Shown here: positions 51,623-63,335 of the stretch, piece by piece
How the letters are laid out: each line of letters begins with the position of its first letter
How positions within the stretch are numbered: position 1 is the first letter of the stretch
Assembly: GCA_013265495.1 (NCBI GenBank)
Contig: MU058337.1
Coordinates: 250,001-314,000, forward strand
From: Vicugna vicugna
Lineage: Eukaryota
Reading direction: 5' to 3'
DNA: 64,000 bases
The notes under the pieces: model-generated
Seen by the model: the letters and a program-made list of their open reading frames with translations, nothing else
The model's database searches: none
Told to the model about the DNA's origin: nothing
Made by a program: the position numbers and the translations under genes

Positions 51623-54600
51623 GCAGCCCTTTGCATAGCCTCATAAGCACTAAGAGTAAAATAACAAAATCAAAAAACAAAAAACATCATTTTCATCTAA
51701 TGTTTAATCTTACAGTTGATCAAGTATTTTAATTCCCTCAATGTGTTTCCTTGCACATAAAACCAAATCTACCTGCACAGCCTCATGAACTCTCCCCTCC
51801 TGGCCCCTGCGGTAAACACTCCTTCTCAGAACAGGTCATCTTTCTGCTTCCAAACCCTGTATTTGCCATTTTCTCCAGCTAAATGTCCTCACCTCTCCAA
51901 CTGGTGAAACGTCATTCACGCTTCAGGGCTCAGGTCAGATATCAAATCCTTCCCTGATCCTTCTGGCTAAATAACTGATGTCACTATACTTCATAATACG
52001 TCACTGCAATACATGTCCCTGTGTGTGTGTGTATGTACCAACGGTTCCCGTAACCGTCAGCCTCCATAGACTGTGAGTCACTTCACGTGAAGGATCATCA
52101 TTTTTACAAATCTGCAGTGTCTGGTTTACAGCACGCTAAAAGAAAAAAAATCTGTGGCACAAATTAGAAAACAGACATCATAACAAATCCAGCCTTTTCC
52201 ATGAAATTCTTAAAAGCCCCGTCCTGACGTCCCAGTTTTTAATACATGTTAAATCAAATTAAATTCAGTGTTTTAAGGAAAATCGATTCCATCTTAAAAA
52301 AAAAAAAGCCTACTTCCACAGCATCTGGACTCTGTAGCAATAAATCTTTGAGTCCATGGGTGAGGAAAGCATTCTGCATAACGAATAATCCTCAGTCATA
52401 AGGTTTTGAAATCTCATCCATAGAACCGCAGCATGCTAGAAAAATTCTTAAAGTGAATGGTTGTGTACTCTTTTTCTAAAATGTCTTACTCTTTATTTCC
52501 CAGAAGCAGCCCTAGAGCCATCCATCTGCCTCCAGCAGGCTGGGAGGGTTGGGGAGGGGAAGGGGTGGGAGGGCAGCAGGGGAGGGAGGGGAGAGGAGAG
52601 CCTGCACTTCAACCCATCAACACTTGGAAAAACCCCCAAATTGAAAAAAGTAAAGGCTAATGCCAAGGTGTCGGCATGGGGGGTGTACCTCCTGCCTACA
52701 TTACTAAGGTCTCTTCGTGTATTTTTCTATTCCCTATTATGTTACTGTTCCCATACCCTGGGGTACACTCTCCTCTCACCCTAATCTACTCAGTCTTTAA
52801 GACCCAGCTCAGCTCTTCCCGACTGTGGTCCACTTAATCTTTCAGTCTGTGACCCCCACTATGAACACCCTGAGATTCTGTAACAAGCTGTCCCGCTCGC
52901 CGGTGATGTTGTTAATTACAGTCTGGGCCTCTCCAGGATCCAATCGTTCTTCTCAAATCTGGTGTCCTACTTGAACGTTAAGTACATACAGCTCACGTAA
53001 TCAAATAAACTTAGAATTTATAGTCATAGATAATCAGTTCAAACCTTACTTCTCAAACAGATCAGCTGTTTAATCATGATTGGCACTTAATTTTGAAAGA
53101 CTTTTTCTTACCTGCATGATGAAAACGACAGTATCTATTTCACAGTGTCGAGGGAAGTCATCATTCACACGTGCTTTGTCAAGGTGAAGGCGCTTGCTAT
53201 TTTTAATTTTTATTTCAGTGTCTTAAAATTTATACTAGTTCCGTTTAATGTCTCCAACTCAATATTCAGCTTGCTGGGAGGAGGGACTGACTACGTCTGG
53301 GCTTCAAGTCTCTCATCTAAAATGAAGATGCTAACGGCAACATTGTAGGCTTGTTAAGGGAGCAAATGATCTCACGGGTCCGTGGGACCCAGCCAGGCGT
53401 TTTCACACGGACCGCATTCAGTAAGTTCATCTCTCTCTCTCCCCTTCTCTGTATGTTCTGGAAAGCCTACCTCACAGCTTTGCAGCAGTGGCTGTTTCCT
53501 CTATTTTGAGAAACATGTGCTTCTTCTGTAACTCCTCAGAAATGGGAATACTTTTTAGAAGAAAACCCCCCACAACAAAAGTACGGCTGCCCAGTGCAGT
53601 TCCTGTGAGTAGGACTTGACCTATAAAAAGCATAATTAAACCTTAAAACTAGTATCACCCATCCCCATAGAACTATTGATAAGAATGCATCCCTCAACAC
53701 TATGAATTTATTCTTAAAATACCTACGCATGTCTGCAACTTTTTAAGGCTGAAAGTATAAGGAATTATGAAGCTTTCAGGGGGTAGGTAGAAAGACTTAC
53801 CTGGCCTCCCTATTTAAATGTCCTGGTCCCCCTCCTCACCCTTCATGCTGCTGATTCTCTTAACTTTGCCCTCACTTTTTTCACTTCTCCAATGTACTTG
53901 CCATTTTCTAGTATTATAATAAACTCACTAATTGTGTTTATTGATTATTTTCATGGCTTTTCACCTCACTGCAATGTAATTTCCAATGGGCAGGAAACTC
54001 TTCTGTCTCTTCTCTTTTCTAATCAACACCCAACAACTGGAACCCTGCTCGGAACCGCGTAGGCTGGGGAAGGCTGGAAGGGATGCAGTACCCCTTCTGG
54101 ATGCACTGGCTGACTTGCTTCCTGGACCTTCTGTTTCCCAAAACTTTAAACTTGATAAGAACAGGGTTCAGAGATGTGGTTGTCAGGTCACTATTTTCAT
54201 TTTAAATACTTTTGTGGAAACTGAACAGAAGCCAGCTCTTGCAACACTGAAAAGAAGCCTCTCGTTATTAAAGCAGGGAAAAGAAAAATAGCACTCAGGG
54301 AAGATTCTGGTCAAAGATCACCATGACAGCAGCCAGCTGTTTCTGTTCTAGGAAGGAACACGCCCTTGCTGGGTAAGAGGCTGCAGTCAGCCTCGTCTGG
54401 GGACAAACTGGACGGTTGAGTTATACGCTGCTTGCTTTCAATGCCCATTTTTACAGCCTCGTAACTAACGGAGGAGCCAGAAATGTCGATGAAGCAAAGA
54501 CTGGACGTTACAGACCCCTCAGACATCCCATCTTTTCTTGCAAAGGAGCTGGACTATGGATTTCAAGAAAGAAGACTCAAGAAGAGTATTGATACTTTTA

Positions 54601-54704
54601 TGTTTAACAATAAAATTGTTCACCCCAGTGAAATGCATAAGTTTCAATATGAGCTGTTAATTTCTGTGCATTATATTCAAAACACTGATTTAAAAAAATA
54701 TTAA

Positions 54705-54965
54705 ACACACTGTGGCGTCCTGGATGGTTCCTGGAACATTAAAAGGCATTAGCGTAAAAGCTGGTGAAATTCAAAGAAAGTCTGGAGTTCAGTTATTAGT
54801 TAAATCCCAGTGTTGGTCTCCTAGTTGGGACAAAGGTACCCTAGTGATGTAAGGTGCTGACATTAGGGGAAATTGGATGAGGGGGGTTATGGTAACTCAC
54901 TGCACTATCATTGTAACTTTTCTATAATTCTAAAGTAATTCCAGACTAAAACAATTATTTTAAAG
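54705..54965 (+). mobile_element. Old L1 (L1MC/MD-like) 3' end
   Basis: cctggatggttcctggaac...gatgtaaggtgctgacattaggggaaattggatgagggg...ttgtaacttttctataattctaaa. Confidence 0.65.
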
Positions 54966-54969
54966 TGGA

Positions 54970-55965
54970 GAAAAATAAGCAGCTCATACAGCTCAATGTA
55001 AAAAAACCCAAACAACCCAATCCAGAAATGGGCAGAAGACCTAAACAGACATCTCTCCAATGAAGACATCCAGATGGCCAACAGGCACATGAAAAGATGC
55101 TCAACATCACTAATCATTTGAGAAATGCAAATCAAAACTACAGTGAGGTACCACCTCACACCAGTCAGCATGGCCATCATCGAAAGTCTACAAATAAGAA
55201 ATGCTGGACATGGTGTGGAGAAAAGGTAACCCTTCTACACTGTAGGAATGTAAACTGGTGTAGCCACTATGGAGAACAGCAAGGAGGTTGCTTAAAAAAA
55301 CTAAAAATAGAGTAACAACCCAGCAGTTCCACTCCTGGGCATATATCTGGAGAAAATTCTAATTCAAAAAGATATATGTACCCCAATATTCATAGCAACA
55401 TGTTTTACCATAGTTAAGACATGGAAGCAACCTCAATGTCCATCAACAGATTAATGGGAAAAGAAAACGTGTTGTATACACATACACACACACACACACA
55501 CACATACACACACACACACACAATGGAATACTACTTAGCCATAAAAAGGAGTGAAATAATGTCATTTGCAGCAACACTGATGGACTTAGAAATTATCATG
55601 CTAAGTGAAGTCAGTCAGACAGAGAAGGACAAATATATGATGTCACTTATATGTAGAATCTAAAAAAATGACACAAACTTATTTACAAAACAGAAAGAGA
55701 CTCAGACAGAAAACAAACATCGTTACTTGGGGGAAGGGAGTGGGGGAGCAAACTGGGAGTTTGGGATTGGCAGATATAAACTACTATATACAGAATAGAT
55801 TAACAATAAGGTCCTACTGTGTAGCACAGGGAACTATGTTCAACGGCTTGTAGTAACCTATAATGAAAAAGAGTATGTATACATATATATATACAACTGA
55901 ATCACTATGCTGTATGCTAGAAACTAATACAACATGTAAATCAACCATAATTCAGTTTTTTTAAA
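54970..55965 (+). mobile_element. LINE-1 3' ~1 kb (ORF2 end plus 3' UTR), cetartiodactyl-type
   Basis: Classic L1 motifs (agaaatgcaaatcaaaactacagtgaggtaccacctcacaccagtcag; atgctaagtgaagtcagtcagacagagaa; gtagcacagggaacta) and an internal (CA)n. Confidence 0.92.
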
Positions 55966-58479
55966 TGGAGAAAAATAATTTAAAGTAGATTGGTCAGAAT
56001 CTTACAAGAAATATTTGAAAGATAAAATATGGGCAAGTTTTCCTGCTCTTGTTTTTCTATTTCTTTGAATTGCTCCTGCCTTCACCACTATTTTTATTAT
56101 TATAATTGAGAGAAGAATAATAAACATTACTAATAAAAAATAATTGTTGTCTTTCTATCACCTAAAACATGGATTTCTGATAACTTTTCAATTCTCTACT
56201 GCATAACAAGGGAGAAAATAACAAGGACACCTGATTTTATTAATAAACTGTTTCATTTTGGTAGGAACCCATTTGAAAGAATTCACTTTCTTGGTAACTT
56301 TGAAGATGTTTACCTTTAGGTTTCTGAAATTAACAGAATTATAGTTAAGTATGGGTTCAAAACATGGGTCACCATGACTGCGTTTGTGAAGAAACTTTCA
56401 CGTGTAGTATTTTCAGAGCTGTATCACTTTAGTTCTTTTTTTTTTTAATTGGGTATATCTCCAAATACACTGATGGGCTTAAAAGTGAATTTCTATCATG
56501 AGCCATTTGGCAATTTTAATCCTGGATTTCCCCACATTTCTATTTGTAATACCATAATCAGGAATTATCTTCTGAAACACACGAAACTTACTAAGACTTT
56601 CATCTGAAACAATACAATTAAGGAAAGCAAGACTGGAGCCCTAGTAGCAAACTCTAGAGCCAAGTAAAAGCACCATTTACCCCAGGGGCCCTGCAAGGTA
56701 ACAGTCCATGTGGGCGGGGGGCTGGTGGCGATGTCTGCCCTTGTCTAGGGCTGTTCAGCTTGTGAGTTTCACCAACCTGTGTCCCAAAGACACGTGCCCT
56801 TTTCTGTATACAAATAATACTTCATTAAAATAAAAAACATTAAATTAAATTGGAAATTCATTAAATTATAGGGAAAGAGGCTGCTGAATGTGGGAGCTTC
56901 TCTATGACTTGTGCCTCTACCTGAGGTGCCAGGAGGGTCTGAGGCAAAGGGTTTGCAGACCATCCCTGTGACTCTGACCCTGTAATCTGACTCATTCTTT
57001 GGTTACTCAGCTGTTATAAATGTCAAGTTAAAAAAAATTTCATAAGATGGCCTTTGATCAAAACCTGACAAATGAAAAAATAAGGGAAAATCCCTCCTTT
57101 GCCCAAAACAGTGCCAAATCTCTCTATCTTACATGATATTGAGCCCCAAGTTGATCAACGCATACTCAGAGAATACCCACAGTGCACCTGCCGTGACGAC
57201 ATACAGAAGGAGAAACAGGACCAGACCACAGCAGTTCCTCTTTAGTTGCACAGACGGGATATACACAAATGAAGAAAAGGCAGCCTCCCTAGGCTGTACC
57301 ACATGTAACGCGCCCCAAACCCTGACGCGCTGGGCTTGCTGCGCGCTGGGGAGGTCAAGCCTTCCAGTCCCGCGTACTGGGATCTACTTACAAATTTGAA
57401 ATAGACACAATAAACCCGAGGTGCCTGGTGAAATTGGGGCAGTGTTTATGGAAAAATAAGAATGGGTAACATTCTGCTGTGTTATTTAGCAATATTTAGC
57501 TAGGAAACTTTTTGACACAGTTCTAAGATGTGGCCTGCTGACACTGAAGAGTATATGTAGAAAGCAGAGTATTCCAGAAAAAAAATCTAGCATGCTATGA
57601 TGATTCTGCTAGTATAAATCCACTAAGTATATTGATGTGGCTTAAAAATAAGTGTGAGATCAAATACTGTATCATTTACTGAAAACTCTATTCATCTTTT
57701 AATAGTTTAACAAGCTATTTGTAAACACTGAGACTCCAAACTAGCGAAAAAAAAAAAGGACCTTTTAAAATTAACTATAAAAGAAGAGTGAAACCTATAT
57801 AAGGAAAACTTGTCTTACTGTGAAATTTAAAATTCTATATTTAATAGAGATATTAAAAAGTCTTGAACATACAAATTAAACAGTGTGAAAATTCATTGTC
57901 TTCTTCAGAGTTAAGCTTTCATAAAACTCCAACAAAAACATGTATACACATATATAGAAAATTCATAAATCAGAAGAGAAACCAACACTTTGCAAGTAAA
58001 AGGGACAACCTATGGCTTCTGAGTTTTACTTAAAATAAAACACAGCAATTGGAATGGAAACAAACACAGAAGAAAGTTGCAGAGATTCAAACTGCATAGC
58101 ATTTCCTCAATTCCAAAAAAGGACTCTACCAAACAGAAAGCAAACAAAAATCATGGCATCTTAAGACAATTTTCTGGGTATATATTAATTTTGGAGTAGT
58201 GCTAAACAGAATACATTTTCCCTGCACAGAAGGATAGTGTTTAAAGCAACATTCAGGCCAATTTCATCGACAAAGAACAGCTGATATTATATTACCTGTC
58301 ACTAAGGTTCTCATCTTCAAACCTTTCATCTCTGATCTATGAATGTTGAGGGTATACGGAGAGAGAGATATAGAGATACAGCACTAAGTACTATGCATAC
58401 ATTTATATACTGTGTATCTGTACCCATGTATACCACAAATACATATATATATGCCATATATGTACTACATTAAAGGTCT

Positions 58480-60080
58480 ATAACAATCTGAGACAAGCCA
58501 TGATAATGGCAACAGTGATCACATCTGGGCTACGGAAACTGGGTAAATTTTGATTTACTGGTTAGAATTTTCTGCTGTTCTCCAAACTTTCTAAAAATTG
58601 CAAATTATTTGGGGAACATTTTTTGTTAGTATACAATTTTTGGATGCCATGGAAACACAAATAGGAAAAAAATACGCACATGCAAGAAAATTTTTAAATA
58701 TTAATAGAGGATATTTTGGAGAAGTGGGACTCAGGGAGTTATTGATTTCTTACTCAATTCTTTTCTTCTTAAATCTGATGTAATGAGTCTACATACTCTT
58801 TGGAATGGTAAAGTTAGGGTTCATTTTTAATACTGCTATTTAGAGGCAAGGGAATTCTCACAGAAAAGGTTGAAGAAGACTGAGGTATCACCCTACTGGA
58901 CATGGAAGCTCATTATATTACAAAATTACTTCACATATTTTATTTAATACAGATAAATAGGGTAATAAATCAATGAAAAATAGTCTCAAAATAGATTCAA
59001 CTATATGTAAGGAACTTAATATAACGCAGTTAGCTTTCCAACATAAATGAGTTAGTAAGAATCATTTAATTGACTTGGCTGAGATATTCTGCAGCAGTTT
59101 GGGAAGAAGAAAGAAAAGAAAGGGAAAGTTTAGGCTAGTCTAACATGACCTACCGAAATAAACCCCAGAAGTAACGCGTTAAATACCAAACTACAAACTA
59201 AACTATAAAAAAGTCAGAATAGCAGAGAAAAGAACAGACTATTTAAGAGATTATTAACAAATACATTTTAGCTTTGATGTGTTAGAGAAAATCAAAAGAA
59301 AAAGTGTATCATGGTAAAATATACCGATGAAAAACTCTGTACATGTTTTTTAAAAAACAGCAAAATACTGTGATAATATTTACATCAAAATTTTGATAAA
59401 CAAAATGTCTAATGTGGAGTTTACTGAAAATGATTTTAAAAATAGGACAAATGAGGGAAGTCGTATATAAAAATTAGCAGAAGATAAAATTGGAAGTTAT
59501 CAAAATACATAGAAAGTAGTTAATTCTTAATTTGTAAGACAGCAACAAATTAAATCACAGGCTTTACAACTACCAAACTAGCCAAAATAAATCTTTAAAG
59601 ATAAAATGCTGTAAGGATGTGGAGAACTTTTACTCTGCATTTCTGATTGCAAACATTTATAATTCCTTCTGAAAGCAGGATGGCAGCAGGTAGCAAGGGT
59701 GAGAAAGCTGCTCATCCTCTGGCTCAGACATTCCAACTACGGAATCTACATTGAATATATGTATACAATTCCTCAGAAAGAATGAGAGCTGCACAAAAAT
59801 TGGGCATGTTTGATAATAGCCCCCCAAAAACCAAAATTGGAAATGATCATGATAAATGACTGTGTGATAAATTAATACAGATGTGTGAGAATTACTTAGA
59901 AATAAAGAAAGTGCATATTGTGCAAGAAGTGAACACAAATATATACTACAGTACATATGCTAGATTTTTTCAATTATGTAGAAAATACAGATGATAAAAT
60001 GCACAGTATGAAAATAATTGATATCTCTAAAGTATAGTGAAAATATGAGTGTTTCCAAGTTTTACAATGTTTCAACCAAA
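58480..60080 (+). mobile_element. Highly decayed L1 (L1ME-like) remnants in the AT-rich part of intron 2
   Basis: Patchy motifs (aaggatgtggagaac, cttctgaaagcag, tgtttgataatagc...aaaattggaaa). Confidence 0.5.
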
Positions 60081-61081
60081 CTGTCTCTGATACTTGGCAC
60101 AAAGATATGATAACCAGATACAAAATTTATGGTTTACAAAACAAAGAATTTTTTTTCATGAATAAGGCACTTAGTGAAAAACAAGCTTACTGAAGGAGCA
60201 CCGTGTATGTGTGTGAGAGAGAGACAGAGCACCTAGTCTGCCTGTCTCTCATGAACTTCTCTTCAGAAATACAAACACGTGTAAGTAATTACACGTGATC
60301 ACGGCCCCACGGTCACCGAGAAGGTGAGAGGACACAGGAGACGTGACGCTCCCTGTTCCAGTATAAGCCTGCCTGGCACCTTCTAAGGCCACAGAAATGT
60401 TCCTTTAATACAAAAGGAAACAGCTCCAAGGACGTGTTAAATTGCAACACTGGCAAATGCAATGCAAATGCTCTCTTTCATCCCTGGAGTGAAGGCACTG
60501 GAGCTGAACGTTCTGGGAGATCCCACCAAATCTGAGGTTTCAGAGATCCACACAGCTCTGTGGAACAAGTGAGCACGAAGAAAGGCAGATAAGGCAGAAA
60601 TCACTAAAGAAGTATTACAAGAAGATTATAAACGTGTGGACCTCCTGCAAAAGCGTACCTTGGAGAAAAGCTTTAAAATCAGTGTGTGTATGTGAAATAC
60701 ATTAAAAAAAATAAAAAAGATACAAAATAAAGCACAAACATGCACCTGCTCCCACAGTGACCTCCACGTGGTTTCACAGCAGTTACGCCCCCGCAGGAGA
60801 CGTCGTCTTTGGCTGCCCTCCCCTGACCAGGTTCACGAAATCTCAGTCTGCACTAGGACTGGTGCTTCTTTCCTGGGGTGACGGAGGATGTTCCTGACAC
60901 AGGACTGAGGGGGAGTGTGAGCTCCTTTCCCCACCTCTACTGCTTAAGCTGCCACACACAAAACAATACCTCTATCCACAAAATCTGCTCATGGGAGGCC
61001 AAACATTCTGTCAGCCTATCACACCGGCCAAAGCTCAGCTTTGGAACCGGGCAGACAGAAGACCATTCACAAGGAGAGCGC

Positions 61082-61191
61082 GCCGGTTGATGCAGTCAGT
61101 GTAGGACGCCGAGGAACACAGACAGCAGGAAATGATCCGCTGTCACTCAGGCTAAAAGCCCCAGTCTGCACAGTTCAAGCAGGGAAACGGA
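61082..61191 (+). repeat. Inverted diverged copy of the BAFF 5' UTR/start region (partner 61844-61960)
   Basis: Hand alignment gives 43/57 and 39/50 identical in two ungapped blocks. Confidence 0.9.
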
Positions 61192-61323
61192 GCCCCCCTG
61201 GCTGGGACGGTAAGTCTCGGTTTCCAGGTTCTGTTCAGCTCCCCTCTCCCAAACCCGATGCTCTCGTCCACACCTATGAACGGGGATCCCTGACTCCTGA
61301 AGGCTTCTGTGCCCCAAATGTAC

Positions 61324-61411
61324 CTGTTTCTTCTGCATCCTGGGCGGCACGTTTATCCCTGCCGCTCCGACTGGAGTTGTTCTCTCCCGGAGCTGGTGGG
61401 GCCAGGATCGC
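61324..61411 (-). CDS. TNFSF13B: TNFSF13B exon 2 (88 nt): stalk with N-glycosylation sequon and furin cleavage site
   Basis: Acceptor tctcttcacag|GCG; translates AILAPPAPGENNSSRSGRDKR/AAQDAEET with an R-X-K-R furin motif; donor CAG|gtacat, phase 1. Confidence 0.97.
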
Positions 61412-61500
61412 CTGTGAAGAGATAAGCCCCAGGTTACTGGAAGGACGTCGGGTGGGGGGACCCCAGTGCCCAGCCGGGGCTGTGGCTGCTGCAGACTCAC

Positions 61501-61848
61501 TTTCAGGGCAGAGGTGGTGAGGGGCGCCTCCCGCGGGGCGGCCCTGGGGACCGCAGCTCCTGCCTGGAGTGGGGCTGGCAGCTCCCCCCACCGCTGGTCC
61601 CGCAGTTCAGCCCGGAGGCGCCCCAGCTCCTCCTGCAGGGAGACCACCCGGCAGAAAGACAGCACCGTGAGGCAGCAGGACAGCAGGGCCAGCAGCAGGG
61701 TCACGGCCAGCAGCTTCCCATCTCTGGAGAAGCAGCCAGAGGGGCTTTCCTTCTGGGGGAGGATGGAGACTGTCTCCTCCAGTTTCATTTCTTCTCTTCT
61801 CTTAAGGCAAGGAGGAAGGCGTGCCGGCTCCCCTCTGGACTCATCCAT
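61501..61848 (-). CDS. TNFSF13B: TNFSF13B (BAFF) coding exon 1: cytoplasmic tail, type II transmembrane helix and stalk (116 codons)
   Basis: Translates MDESRGEPARLPPCLKRREEMKLEETVSILPQKESPS...DGKLLAVTLLLALLSCCLTVLSFCRVVSLQEELGRLRAEL...SALK, a recognisable BAFF N-terminus; ends at donor AAA|GTGAGT, phase 0. Confidence 0.97.
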
Positions 61849-61910
61849 TTCCCTCCTTGAACTTTGCAGGTTCGGACCTTCAGCATAAGTGACCACAGAG
61901 AATGGATCAT
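61785..61910 (-). other. Out-of-frame upstream ORF (41 aa) overlapping the BAFF start codon
   Basis: ATG ATC CAT TCT CTG TGG TCA CTT ATG CTG...GAG AAG AAA TGA, open for 41 codons; translation unproven. Confidence 0.55.
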
Positions 61911-62086
61911 TTCCTGTTATCTGCGTTTGCTGGTGCCCTACACTGACTACACAGCCCGGCCGCCCGGCGCTCGCCCTCAGGAGAGTTCTCCTGAGTTCTC
62001 CTCTCCCTGCCGGGCTGCATCTCTGTCCCTACTGCAAGGATAGGTCTTCCTGGCATTCGCCCTTCTATCTGATTGCTCAATCGGCC

Positions 62087-62108
62087 TTCCTCATTTCACT
62101 TTCAGTTT
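62087..62108 (-). promoter_or_regulatory. ISRE/IRF element with adjacent ETS-like GAGGAA in the BAFF promoter/TSS region
   Basis: Minus strand AAACTGAAAGTGAAATGAGGAA (GAAANNGAAA repeats) ~250 nt upstream of the ATG; BAFF is a known interferon/IRF-induced gene. Confidence 0.75.
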
Positions 62109-62203
62109 TTGTAAGAATTTCAATGGCATCTCAAAACACTCATGCACAAACGGGCCCCTTCAATCTACTGGTTGGAAGGAACTGGGGGTCTGACCCAGTG
62201 CAC

Positions 62204-62212
62204 TTCAGAGAA
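62204..62212. promoter_or_regulatory. GAS-like STAT motif TTCAGAGAA
   Basis: Matches TTCNNNGAA ~100 nt upstream of the ISRE; short motif that could be chance. Confidence 0.3.
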
Positions 62213-63335
62213 CTTTGCAGATATGGAGGTGTTTGTTTAAGGGGCTCCCCCTCAGGGACTGGGAGGGAACTGGGTCCGCTTTGGGGCCATGTGGCTTTGC
62301 AGAGAAGTAAGGAAGGGACATTAAAGTTCCTGCTGGCGTAATAAAAATAATTAATGTGAAGGTCAGATAAGCTAAGTCCTTTAGCAGTGAACTGTGCTTA
62401 GCTGGAGAGATTTATGAACAGTCTTGAAGGAGGAAATAAAATGAAGTGTCCTCAAAGGAGGCACAGAAGTCCGCTGGGACTATTTGCCTCATTTTCTTCT
62501 TCACAGTGTGATAAAAAGAAGGCGACTAAATGTTGGAGACCTACTTGGATTAGATGGTCTGCTCGTGGGAGCCTCTGCATGAGCGCTGATGCATCTCGAA
62601 GGGCAATCTGCTCCATCTCCTTCCTTCTGAGACCCCTACAGGGGAGTCAGCCACCCAGGATGCCCAGTCCTGAGGAGTGGTCCCACCTCTGCTGTCCCCA
62701 CTTCTGGGGCTCGGGCTGACTCTGTCTGGGGGGAATCGGCCTTATCTCAGCTCCCGATGCCCGAATCCTGCCACTAACTGCTCTTCCCTGAAGCAGCTTA
62801 TCTGCGAGTCGCGCTAGGTTGACCCCGCCCCAGTCTAACGTGTATCCGGCACAGCCTGACTTGAGCCGGAGGGACTTGCGTCAAGTCTCCATTGTTGGAC
62901 GCGGTGTGGTTGTGAGGACACCCATCCCACCTCGCCCGATGGCTGGCTCCTGGCCGGTGCCGGGGTTCCGGCCACCCTGACCCCAGCACGCACACATCAC
63001 TAAGGAGCTGCAGGCCAGCAAAGGGTCCTGAGCACCCACCAGGCCGGCCAGCACCGCCGCCCTGTGTGCTAAGACGGCCCTATCCCACCCACACTGCTCT
63101 GCTGCCCTCAGAGAGGAAGCTGCAGAAATAACCTGAGTGAGGGCACGGCCCCAGAGCCCGGTGCAAGTCCCGGCCCCCTCAGTCACCTTCCTGGGGCAAA
63201 CCCGCAGCGTCTCTCTGCCTCAGCATCCTCATCGGTTAGATGGGCGTTCACCGTCCCCGAGAACCGCGGTGAGGCTCACAGAAATGCAGGACAAGCTTCA
63301 GATGCTTGCATCTGTCACTCATTTCCATTTCCATT

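Noticed and set aside
54908..55853. ORFs with L1 ORF2-like peptides
   Set aside because: Fragments of a truncated, frameshifted L1, not a gene
61150..61320. Counterpart of the rodent-specific extra BAFF exon after the furin site
   Set aside because: No convincing similarity or paired splice sites found by eye
61849..61896. N-terminal extension from the ORF-track start (MVTYAEG...)
   Set aside because: That start is GTG; the ATG at 61848 gives the canonical MDES BAFF N-terminus
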